A stretch of DNA of 54,066 nt, taken from positions 272,409 to 326,474 of the forward strand of contig JAPJBO010000148.1 in the NCBI GenBank assembly GCA_030068145.1, written 5' to 3'. The notes below the pieces were generated by a model. The model was not told the DNA's origin and made no database searches. It worked only from the letters and a program-made list of their open reading frames with translations. Shown one piece after another: positions 19,596-30,490 of the stretch; the first letter of the stretch is position 1; each line of letters opens with the position of its first letter. The translations under genes were made by a program, and so were the position numbers. Source of the DNA: Diplonema papillatum. Its lineage: Eukaryota.

Positions 19596-20091
19596 ATGGG
19601 TGCCATCTCGTCGATGCAGCGGGTTCTCCTGCTGCTGTTATGTTCAGTGCTTGGGGGAGCCACCTTGGAAGACGATCCGACGCCTGCTCTCTGGTTTCCG
19701 AAGGAATTCGTACAAATGGAAATGCTGATGGCTAACGACATTCAGATCCCGGAGGAGCTGCAGCGGGAAGCCAACCCGTTGGGTGCTGTTTCCTTCATGC
19801 ACAAGTCACGGTTGTGGGTGGATGGAAGGGTAAACTTCGTTATCGATACCCTGACAACCAACCCTGACAACGCGGCTCCTGATTTCTTGCCTGAAGATGA
19901 TCCGCGCATCCTAGGTGCCGTCGCACACTGGGAAGATGTCACATGCATTCGTTTCAACAGGTGCCTCACTGTTGCATCGTGTGCTTGGCCATTCATCCGT
20001 TTCCGGTCAGACCTCGACGCGTGTAACTCTCCCCTGGGCACCGGCGGATGGGGCATTAACAACATCAATCTCGCCAGCGCTTGCACCTTGG
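19596..20091 (+). CDS. Astacin-family zinc metalloprotease (M12A), exon 1: signal peptide plus N-terminal half of the catalytic domain
   Basis: ATG at 19596. The hydrophobic MQRVLLLLLCSVLGGATL signal is followed by LWVDGRVNFVID, AVAHWEDVTCIRF and FIRF...ACNSPLGTGGWGINNINLASACTLG. The exon ends in a GT donor at 20092 (acc ttg g|gtgtgtgc), phase 1. Confidence 0.75.
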
Positions 20092-20437
20092 GTGTGTGCT
20101 CCCCCCCTCTGGTAACACCACTACTCTTGCTTTTCCAACCACTCATCAACTTTACTTCTCAATTTTTCCGTGCTTGTGTAAGCCGCCCCATTTGCTGAAT
20201 TTGTTCTGGTTTCCTAGGAAACAGACAGATATCTGTTGCCCTCTTAGCTCGCCGCTCTGTTAAATCATGTTGAAGAATCGAGTAGCAAGCTTGTGGCGGA
20301 GTCGACCATCCATTCCACGGGCCACGACGCGCCACCAACACATACGTAGAATTTTACCCTTTGCACTTAAGTCGTGATGTATTGTTGCCATCATCCATTG
20401 CGTCGTATGTTCAAGAAAACGGCTTAATCAATCACAG
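20092..20437 (+). other. Phase-1 GT-AG intron (346 bp) of the astacin gene
   Basis: Donor GTGTGT at 20092 and acceptor ...AATCACAG at 20430-20437. Splicing restores the canonical astacin spacing GC..G(G)SVIHEIGH. Confidence 0.65.
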
Positions 20438-23064
20438 GATCCGTCATCCACGAAATCGGACACAGTTTGGGTCTTTCCCACGAGCAGTCGAGGAACGACC
20501 GCGACAATTACGTGTACGTGGACTACTCACAGATCAAGCCAGGCGCCGAGAGAAATTACGACAAGACAGGGCCGAACGGGCGAGATCTCGGGCCGTATGA
20601 TTATAGAAGCATCATGCACTACTCCTCAGTCGGGTTTGCTGTCGGGAGCTTGCCGGCCATCGTTTCTCCCGAACCTATCGGTCAACGTTCGCAACTCTCC
20701 AACGGGGATATCGCGGCAATCCATTTCCTATACAATTTCTGCCAAGCCTACGACACTCCGAAATGCGTGGCATCCAGAGATACCAGCCAGACCTTGCTGG
20801 TTCCTCACTCGACTGAATTCGTTGTTGAGGTTAACGCAGAGTGGGCAGCTTCCTCGCAGATGATCGTAACTTATCCCACTACGACGGCGCCGGGGTCTCA
20901 GTTTTCCATCACACCCGGTAGCACCGTGGCAGACAGTGTGAAAACCTTTCTGTCATTTACTCCGTCTTCTTCGGATGCAGGTCAGATATTCACACTGGGA
21001 GCCATGTTCACCGCTGCGGAAAACAGCGCGCTATCGGCGACGTGCATTACGACAGTGCAAGTAGCTGACTCGGACGCCGTTTGCTTCGGCAAGTCTAAAA
21101 CGGATCCAACGGTCTGTTCTGGGAGGGGTGAGTGCACCACGGATCCGCTTCAGCCGTGCGTTTGCGCCTCTGACTTCGGCGGCATCCAGTGCGCCGGATA
21201 TGCAAACTGCCCTGCGAACCATTTCTACGCCTTTGACGAAGTCGACACGTTGTGGTCCGGTAACCTAGCTTCACTCGACGGCAGTTTCAAGGTATCTGGC
21301 TCTTCCATGAAGCTTAACGGGTATACCTTCCTTAACGTGGATCCCAGTGGTGTGTTTTCATGGATGACCTTCCACTTCGCGGCGAACGCATCTGGTGAGC
21401 AACTCGGGTTCTACGACACGGCACAAGGCAGCTGCTTTCATCTGACTTTTGCTGATCTTATTCTTGTATCAGGGATTTCGACTGGGGTGCCGTTCGAAGT
21501 GAACCGTTTCTTCTTCATCGAAGTCCTTCTGCTACCGTCTGCGAATCAGCTTTCGCTTAGAATCGATGGAAATGAGGTGGCCACTGGCATTTCCATGGCC
21601 AATCAGTGCCACACAAGCGGTGTGGCTTGGGTGGCCGCGTTCGTTCCGGAAAGCCACGTGGCGTGGCTTGACGAGTTCAATTTCTACTGCCACTCGCATG
21701 TGTCCCTGACGGGTACCTTGTTGGATGCGGATCAAAGCGAGCTTGTTGCTGGCGGATTGTCTCTTACCCTCACAATCGATGGAGACACATGGGTCGACTC
21801 GGAACAGACCAAAATCGACCTCATCGAAGGCATGGCGTCCGACTACCCCGCTCCAGGTGGCTGGGACGACTGGAAATTGATCATGTTAGACCCGTCTCTT
21901 GTGACCATTGCCGGAAACGAGATGGTAATTGGTCCATTGAAGCCCTTCCCGGGGTACACGGAGAGTTTGTCGGTGAATGTTAACATCAAGATCAAAGAAA
22001 CAATGATTACCACTGGTGATCTGCCGCTGGGTCACCAGGACTTGACATTTATGATCGAAGGACTATGCTATCGGTCATGGTTCTACGGGTTCGACGACAC
22101 AGCCGCTACCATCAAAGACGGCTTCACTTTTTCTACGACCATTGTCGCTGAAGGCGCGGCTTCGGTACAACTTTCATCCGCTGACCCTGACAGGAGTCTT
22201 CCGTTGTATGTAGGTGGGATACGCCCGGCATCAGTCAGCTATTGGGCTCGGTACGCTGCGGACAATCCTGGGGGGGCTTCAACGTACCATACGGTCGTGG
22301 CCAGAAGTCGCGAAGGGGGGAGTTTTCAGTTTCTGACAGGATTCTCCTCAAAGTTCGCTGCTTATGTGACCAGTCCCGTGCAGGGCGGAACCGCCATTCC
22401 AAACCAGTGGTACTTCATCGAGTGGACCATCGACTGGAGCGCGAGGACAGTGTCGTTCTCGGTCGACGGGGCGCAAATTATTGCCAATGTGGCGCTGCCC
22501 CCTGCTGCTCAGTTCAGCTCCGTCGACTCCTTCCTGACGTACGCGTGGAGTTCTCCCAGCTATTTTGACTCTCTTCGGGCGGACTGCCCGATGCGGCCTC
22601 CAGCGTTCACCGTGTCGCCAGCCTCCTTCGCCCCTTCTTTCGTTCCTAACTTCGAGTTCTTCAGAGGGTCCGACCCCCTTTCCCTCAATGATGCCATTGC
22701 TGTTGTGCCGGGGGCATCGACAGACTGCAGCGCCGTGAACACGGCGTGCGCTTCCTTGGGCGCTTGTTCTTCTCTTGCGGGCTTTTTGGCTGAGGCGGAG
22801 TTCGGCATAGCTTGGCACGAAGGTGACTTCACCGGTCTTGCTCCGGAAACTACATACCGGGTTTGCTATCGTATCTCGGCCTCGGGCAGTTTCGAGCTCC
22901 TCGAGTCAAGTTTCACGACAAGCGCAGGTATGTTACTCACACACCCAAATAGCCGGACCCTAATCGCGTATACAAAGGTGCTGTACCCAACGACAAACAG
23001 GAGCGGTTGTAGCATTACTTTGCTTTCAAGCATACAAGCGCAACTTGCTACAGAAGTTCAGTAG
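20438..23064 (+). CDS. Astacin metalloprotease, exon 2: zinc site HEIGHSLGLSHEQSRNDRD, Met-turn SIMHY, then an EGF-like module and a large LamG/ConA-like region
   Basis: The continuous ORF runs to TAG at 23062-23064. It contains HExxHxxGxxHEQxRxDRD and YDYRSIMHY. The EGF-like stretch reads CSGRGECTTDPLQPCVCASDFGGIQC. About 600 aa of beta-rich sequence follow (KLNGYTFLNV...GFYD...) with no recognisable repeat contamination. Confidence 0.8.
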
Positions 23065-23682
23065 CCGAGTTTTCAAAACATCCGTCTGCCATGGATTTCA
23101 TTGTTCTTTCCACCGAGCTGCGCGTTTTGGTTTATTGATGCCACGTTCGACTCAACGAAAAATCACACCTGTGATATTCACCTCAGCGGTATTTCTTTCG
23201 GAGAACCAACAAACATGCGACACCCCTCCTCCGGAACTTCTCGAATGCTCGGTGTCGGTCACAAGTTGTTTCGAACCTGACTTGCCAAAGCAAGTAAAGT
23301 GTACACGAATGAAGCCATGCATGCCCCCCCAAACCCACCCAGTATGTATTAGCTTCAACCGAACCCATTCGATGAAGGTCACCCGGAGACTCTAAAATCC
23401 CGGATTCTCAAGCGAACTATAACTCTGAAAACGTTTTTTTTTTTTGTAAACCGACCGTGTTACCGACACAACGCAAAGAAGAGGGGCAGCAGTCAGTTGT
23501 GAGACTGGCAGGTGAGCAGGGTCACCTCCCCTAGCGAGCTCTCGGATCAAGCTGCGTCTGATGCAGCTGTTGTATGGATCGCCTACATAGACTCAGCCGC
23601 GCGTGCCTTCATTGCGAAGGTTACTGCTGCGGCCTTCTGGGTGGCAGCCGTGTCAGGTCAAGTAGCGAGATCTGAGGCCCTG

Positions 23683-23915
23683 TGATGGCTGAGTGCACAC
23701 CTAAGCAGGGCAGCATCCTCGTGTTGTAGCCGTGTTGTGTATAAGGCTTCGTGGGGGCCTGGTCAACCACCTCATCACTATAGGGCACAAACCTTTCTCG
23801 ACAGTGATTGGACAGTCGGGATTGCCGGGGGCGGGTCTCCATGAAGAAGAGAATTGCAAAGCAAGACCCGCCCCCTGCGCCTGCTGTCTCCAGCTGCTTC
23901 GGCAGACGACACATA
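23683..23915 (+). repeat. Dispersed ~230-bp repeat (second copy at 37252..37480, ~90% identical)
   Basis: ctgtgatggctgagtgcacacctaagcagggc(a/t)gcatcctcgtgttgtagccgtgttgt...cttcggcagacgacacatac is shared by the two loci. Confidence 0.75.
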
Positions 23916-24020
23916 CTACTACTACTACTTTCGCCTGATGCCGCAACCCCTTAACCCGGGCGGCGGCGCTTTGGCATGAGCCAGGAACCTCAAGGGAGAG
24001 GCATCATCCACGCTTCAAAG
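23916..24020 (+). repeat. Local ~105-bp direct repeat (second copy 24618..24740) bracketing a GC-rich 600-bp segment
   Basis: cgcctgatgccgcaaccccttaacccgggcggcggcgctttggcatgagccaggaacctcaagg...catcatccacgcttcaaaggcccacacacatact occurs at both sites. Confidence 0.75.
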
Positions 24021-25006
24021 GCCCACACACATACTACTACTACTACTTTAAACGGCCGCAGATCAACAACCGGGAGGCCTTCGAGCGGTGATGCGGGCGT
24101 TCGAAGTCGCCGCTGTACGGCACGTGCCCAAAAAGATGGCGAACAAAGGAAGGGGCGACCAGAGCGGCCACTGGGAGAAGGCGGGTGTCCTGACCGGCAG
24201 CTTCCGACCCCAGGCCCACTACCCACGGGGGTGGCAACACAGCGGGGAGAAGTGGAAGGCACGGGCAAGACACGACCGGGCGACGCACCGCCGCGCACGC
24301 GGCGGCGGCAGCCGCCACCTTTGGGACGTCCTAGCGAACGCCGAGAAGAAGAAAGCCGACGCGCAACGGGCGGGGTGCAGACCGGGATCGTCAACCAACC
24401 GCCCGACAGCGGCTGCAGCAACAGCGGCAGCGACATCGACAGCGGCGACGTCGCGAGAGCGCACGGAAGGACCCGCGGCACAGCACCAGTCCATTCCCCA
24501 AGCGGGGGGGGGCGTGGAACCCTCCCCCGGGATGACGAAGGCCGGGGAGAGCCGGGGGCAGTGAAGTAACGAAGCCCGCGAACGGTGGGTGACCCCTCCG
24601 AACAGCCTCCCTGGCCCTGGCCCACGCCTGATGCCGCAACCCCTTAACCCGGGCGGCGGCGCTTTGGCATGAGCCAGGAACCTCAAGGGGAGCAGCGCGA
24701 GAGGCATCATCCACGCTTCAAAGGCCCACACACATACTTTGTAAACCGACGCAACGCAAAGAAACGAGCAAGGAGTCATCCGACGATGGCTCCGGCCTGG
24801 AAGCCACAACGACACCCACTCTTAGGCCGCCCCCGCGGCACCAATCGGTGAAACATGACAAAATAACTTCCAACAGTGCGATACAGAAATCTCCTGATGG
24901 GGGATCCTCTCGGCTTTTCCCAGAAATGCGGGAGCTCGCTAGGGAGCTAAAGTTGAGAACTTCATATTACCTTCACCTCTAGACTCGAAAAATATCCCTA
25001 CGCTTA

Positions 25007-28000
25007 TTGCCATCTATTGCACCACAAACAGAACCAGTACCGACGATCGCGCCAGCAACTGACGCACCGCCGACATTTGCACCGCAGACTGCTTCACCGC
25101 AAACAAATGCACCACCAACGAATGCGCCGCCAACTAATGCACCGTCAACAGCTGCACCTCCAACGAGTTCACCACCAACAGGCGCACCGGCAACGACTGC
25201 ACCACCAACAAATGCACCACCGACCACTGCACCACCAACGAATGCGCCACCGACTAATGCACCGCCAACTGATTCGCCACCAACAACTGCACCACCAACG
25301 AATGCACCACCAACAAATGCGCCACCAACAACGGCACCGCCAACGAATGCGCCACCAACGAATGCGCCACCAACAAATGCGCCACCAACGAATGCGCCAT
25401 CAACAGCTGCACCACCGACCACTGCACCACCAACGAATGCGCCACCGACTAATGCGCCACCAACAACTGCACCGCCAACGAATGCGCCACCAACGAATGC
25501 GCCACCAACGAATGCACCACCAACGAATGCGCCACCAACGAATGCACCACCAACAAATGCACCACCAACTAATGCACCACCAACAAATGCGCCACCAACA
25601 ACGGCACCGCCAACGAATGCGCCACCAACGAATGCGCCACCAACAAATGCGCCACCAACGAATGCGCCATCAACAGCTGCACCACCGACCACTGCACCAC
25701 CAACGAATGCGCCACCGACTAATGCGCCACCAACAACTGCACCGCCAACGAATGCACCACCAACGAATGCGCCACCAACGAATGCACCACCAACAAATGC
25801 GCCACCGACTAATGCGCCACCAACAACTGCACCACCAACGAATGCACCACCAACGAATGCGCCACCAACGAATGCACCACCAACAAATGCGCCACCGACT
25901 AATGCACCACCAACAACTGCACCACCAACGAATGCACCACCAACAAATGTGCCACCAACAACGGCACCGCCAACGAATGCGCCACCAACGAATGCACCAC
26001 CAACAAATGCGCCACCAACAACTGCACCACCAACGAATGCGCCACCAACGAATGCACCACCAACAAATGCACCACCAACAAATGCGCCACCAACAACTGC
26101 ACCACCAACGAATGCGCCACCAACGAATGCACCACCAACGAATGCGCCACCAACAATGCACCACTGCACCACCAACAACTGCACCACCAACGAATGCGCC
26201 ACCAACGAATGCACCACCAACGAATGCACCACCAACAACTGCACCACCAACGAATGCGCCACCAACGAATGCACCACCAACAAATGCGCCACCAACTAAT
26301 GCACCACCAACAACTGCACCACCAACGAATGCACCACCAACGAATGCGCCACCAACAATGCACCACCAACGAATGCACCACCAACGAATGCACCACCAAC
26401 GAATGCACCACCAACGAATGCGCCACCAACGAATGCACCACCAACAAATGCGCCACCAACGAATGCACCACCACAACTGCAACCAACAATGCACCAACGA
26501 ATGCACCACCAACAAATGCGCCACCAACGAATGCACCACCAACAACTGCACCACCAACGAATGCACCACCAACGAACGCGCCACCAACGAATGCACCACC
26601 AACAAATGCGCCACCAACAACTGCACCGCCAACGAATGCGCCACCAACGAATGCACCACCAACAAATGCGCCACCAACAAATGCGTCACCAACAATTGCA
26701 CCACCAACGAATGCACCGCCAACGAATGCGCCACCAACGAATGCGCCATCAACAACTGCACCACTGACCGGTGCACCGCCAACGAATGCACCACCAACGA
26801 ATGCGCCACCAACAACTGCACCACCAACGAATGCGCCACCAACAACTGCACCACTGACCGGTGCACCGCCAACGAATGCACCACCAACGAATGCAGCACC
26901 AACAAATGCGCCACCAACAACTGCACCACTGACCGGTGCACCGCCAACGAATGCACCACCAACGAATGCGCCACCAACATCTGCACCGCCAACGACCGCA
27001 CCGCCAACGAATGCGCCATCAACAACTGCACCACCGACCGGTGCACCGCCAACGAATGCGCCACCAACAACTGCACCACTAACGGATGCGCCACCAACAT
27101 CTGTACCGCCAACGAATGCGCCATCAACAATTGCACCACTGACCGGTGCACCGCTAACGAATGCACCACCAACATCTGCACCGCCAACAAATGCGCCACT
27201 AACAACTGCACCACCAACGACTGCGCCACCGACCAATGCTCCGACAACAACTGCACCGTCAACGAATGCGCCCCGAACAATCGTACCGCCAACAACTGCA
27301 CCACCAACAAATGCGCCCCGAACAAACGCACCGACAACGACTGCACCACCAACATCTGCACCGCCAACGAATGCGCCCCGAACAAACGTACCGACAACAA
27401 CAGCACCAACGAATGCGCCTTTCACGAACGCACCACCAACGAATTCACCACGAACGAATGCACCAGCTACAGTCGCACCACAAACAGGTGCCCCATTGAC
27501 CAGTGCGCCGCTAACTGATGTCCCGGGAACAAGTGCACCATCAACTGCTGCACCGGCTACAATTGCACCGCCAACTGATGCACCCGCAACAGTCGCTCCA
27601 CGAACAGATGTACTGCTGACCAGTGTACCGACGAATGCGCCACCAACTTATGCGCCCAGGACAGTCGCTTCACCATCTGATGTTCCGCAAACAAGTACTC
27701 TTGCACCGGCTACAAATGCACCGCCAACTGATGCACCCGCAACAGTCGCTCCACGAACAGACGCACCGCTGGCCAGTGTACCGACGAATGCGCCACCAAC
27801 TGATGCGCCCAGGACAGTCGCTTCACCATCTGATGTTCCGCAAACAAGTACTGGTGCACCGGCTACAAATGCACCTGCTACCACATCGCCTCGAGCACCA
27901 CTACCGTGTCCGCTGACGGCTCGGCCTACCAAGTCAAAGTCTTCCTGGGGGGGATGGAAGGCACCACGGCCTGCTCCTCGCAGACGATCCGGCGACACGG

Positions 28001-28053
28001 GCCACGACGGCGACGACGATGACCAAAAGCGCTCGAAGCCCGGCCGACACTGA
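25007..28053 (+). CDS. Putative Pro/Thr/Asn/Ala-rich (PPTNA)n mucin-like repeat protein; the reading frame hops three times inside the array (near 26160, 26340, 26480). Either a pseudogene or an assembly error
   Basis: In the + strand PPTNA frame the unit variation falls on third codon positions (synonymous). The degenerate flanks stay P/T/A/S/V-rich. The frame ends at a stop at 28051-28053 after an acidic DGDDDD tail. No ATG or signal peptide lies upstream (the ORF-track start at 25007 is TTG). The minus-strand frame (GGAFV)n fits the same third-position pattern, so the coding strand is not settled. Confidence 0.35.
25075..27900. repeat. ~2.8 kb tandem array of a 15-bp unit CCACCAACGAATGCG (~185 units, more degenerate toward 27450-27900); no stop codons in any of the six frames
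   Basis: Direct reading. Unit variants differ mainly at unit positions 9 and 15 (acg/aca, gcg/gca) and at 10-12 (aat/act). Confidence 0.9.
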
Positions 28054-29295
28054 GAAGCGACCCACGTACCAACTCTCCCGGGCACGCAACGAAATTGCCA
28101 ACGAAACCGAACCGCGTGCGCAAAGGGGATCCACACAGGCAGAGCAACGCGTGCGCGCAGACGCCATACTTGCTCTGACAAGTACAATGATAAGGCCAAC
28201 TTAAACAACTGAAGGGGGGGTAGACCTATTATCCACCCGTTTTTTTTCCGGAATTTCCGCGAACATTAAAACTAACGGCGTTAAATTGCTATTATCCAGG
28301 CTTTATCCAATGGTTATCCAAGGGCTATCCAGGGTTTTGTTGCTGGTGTCATTTTTCCTTCGCGCCTTCGGCGCGATATTGATTGTTGTTTTCGTAAAAC
28401 CAACCTGTCCGGTCGAAACCCAGCTCACGTTCCCTGTTAGTGGGTGAACAAGCCAACCCTCAGACAATTCTGCTTGTCTAAGAAGTCAACATCGAAGGAT
28501 CGAAAAGCAACATTGCTATGAACGCTTGGCTGTCACAAGCCCTTCCCTGCGGCAATTTTTCTGTCACCTCCGGCTTCATCCCTTGAACATAACTGAGGGA
28601 TTCTGATACACAAGGCACTCCCGCGATTCCCGTTCTTTTTTCCTGCCTGGCCGACGTTCATCAGCCGTATCTGCAGCCGCGCCAGTAGCACCTGCACCGG
28701 GTCCGACCAATTCTGAGTGCACTGAGACGACAGAAAGGAAAATAGTCCACAAGCAGCGCTCTCCTCTTCACAGCGCCAGCAAAGCAAAGCGCACCCACAG
28801 GGTGGCAGAGTGTGCTGGTTCACAAAACACTACACCAAACCGCGGCCTTTGTTGGCAACATTTACATTCTATGCTGTTTCCACACTTCTTCTCACTTGGT
28901 GTGCTGTTGTTACACTCACAGCGGGTGGACAGGTCCACTTCCGTAAAAAATTAACTCGCCACTGAAAAACTAAAAAGTTAAATTCATAGATGGCCGTTAT
29001 ATACCGTTATATAACATTATATAACGGTATTCCCGGAGTTATTTGTTACCCCCCCCCCAGCCTAGAACATTGCTTGGCCCTTGACCCGCGCCCACGGCAA
29101 GGTCTTTGTGGTTTTTTTTTGGTGGCCTCATCACCCGGGAGAGGGGGGGTCCGGGGGGCTTCGCTCCCCGGCGAACGGTATGGTACATCAAATTGGGCCA
29201 AATTGGGGGTCACCCCCCGGCGCACGGTACACTACACCAGGTACAGGTACAGTCCCGGGTGTGTGACGATAGACGTCGGCTTGGCGCTTTACAGC

Positions 29296-29745
29296 CAAAT
29301 CGGGTATGTTACGCTCGTGTTACGCTGTTTTTTAGCGAAACTCGTCATGTTACGCTCGTGTTACGCTGTTCTTTAGCGAAAATTATCATGTTACGCTCGT
29401 GTTACGCTGGTTTTTAGCGAAAATTGTCATGTCACGCTCGTGTTACGCTGTTTTACAGTCAAATTGGGCATGTTACGCTCGTGTTACGCTGCTTTACAGC
29501 CAAAATTATCATGTTACGCTCGTGTTACGCTGTTCTTTAGGGAAACTTGTCACGTTACGCTCGTGTTACGCTGTTTTTTAGCAATAATTTTCATGTTACG
29601 CTCGTGTTACGCTCTTTTTTAGGGAAAATTATCATGTTACGCTCGTGTTACGCTGTTTTACAGTCAAATTGGGCATGTTACGCTGCTTTACAGCCAGAAT
29701 TATGATGTTACGCTCGTGTTACGCTGTTCTTTAGCGAAAATTGTT
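29296..29745. repeat. ~41-bp satellite (CATGTTACGCTCGTGTTACGCTGTTTTTTAGCGAAAATTAT) x ~11
   Basis: Direct reading. Bracketed by inverted copies of a 45-bp GC-palindrome motif at 29130-29180 and 29935-29985. Confidence 0.8.
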
Positions 29746-30329
29746 GCCAAGCCAGCATTCCTTCTACCGTGCGCCGGATGGAGCCCTCCCGACTTCCCCT
29801 GTCACACAGCATCACGCGGCGTAAAAAGACCAATATCGACCGTCACACAGCATCGCACGACGTAAACAGGCCAAATTCGACCATCACGAACCGCCAAATT
29901 CGACCGTCACACAGTGTAAGGCCACCTGTTTGTTGTGTACCGTACCGTGCCCCGGGGGGGCTGCCCCCCGGACCCCCCATGCAAACAGTTTGATTTACCG
30001 TACCGTTCGGCGGGGGGTGAAGCTCGGGCCCGGAGTCGTGCGGGTAGGGCCATGTACTTGCATTTTTACTGAAACCTACCTACCGGTAGAACCTAACGGC
30101 CAGGGTGGTGTAGGGAAAAAGTCAGCGATTTTTTTTTTTTTTTTGAGTGCCGGAATGACCTAAAAAACGCGCTTCGTAAAAATTTTTTCGCCCCAATTTC
30201 CCAGGGGGTTTTGACCATTTCACCTTAGAGAATCTGGTGACCACTCAAAAAAAACCTAAAACCCCTGCTTGCCCTTGGCCCAGGCCCAGATCTTATGTTC
30301 CACCCTGCCCCCCCCCCCCCCCCTAAATC

Positions 30330-30490
30330 AACCAGACTCACACCGCAGTCCTGTCTGCAGACACTCAGGTTCCACGCTGATGATGGTCCGCCTTATGTGT
30401 CCGTGGCTTAAAGGACCGAAACACGGCGCAGACGGGACCAGTGCGGTGTTGAGCACATATCCATTCCGAGCACGTTCTTGCAATCCCCCC
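30330..30490 (+). repeat. ~160-bp direct repeat (second copy 30831..30990, 2 mismatches), part of a ~500-bp tandem duplication that carries C13-16 TAAATC tracts
   Basis: aaccagactcacaccgcagtcctgtctgcagacactcaggttccacgctgatgatggtccgcc...cacgttcttgcaa occurs at both sites. The ORFs 30269..30514 and 30790..30999 are translations of it. Confidence 0.75.

Noticed and set aside
23976-24815. 197-211 aa ORFs on both strands in the 24.0-24.8 kb GC-rich core
   Set aside because: Mutually overlapping ORFs with RG/PG/poly-Ala composition. They lie between local direct repeats and show no conserved motifs. Best explained by GC content.
24979-27518. Minus-strand ORFs (GGAFVGGAVV..., RIRWWCIRWW...) and + strand HQRMRHQ / CTTNECTTNE ORFs over the 15-bp array
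   Set aside because: All six frames of the unit are stop-free, so these ORFs are forced by the repeat. Only the PPTNA (+) and GGAFV (-) frames have variation confined to third codon positions. I list PPTNA as the working model and keep GGAFV as the alternative.
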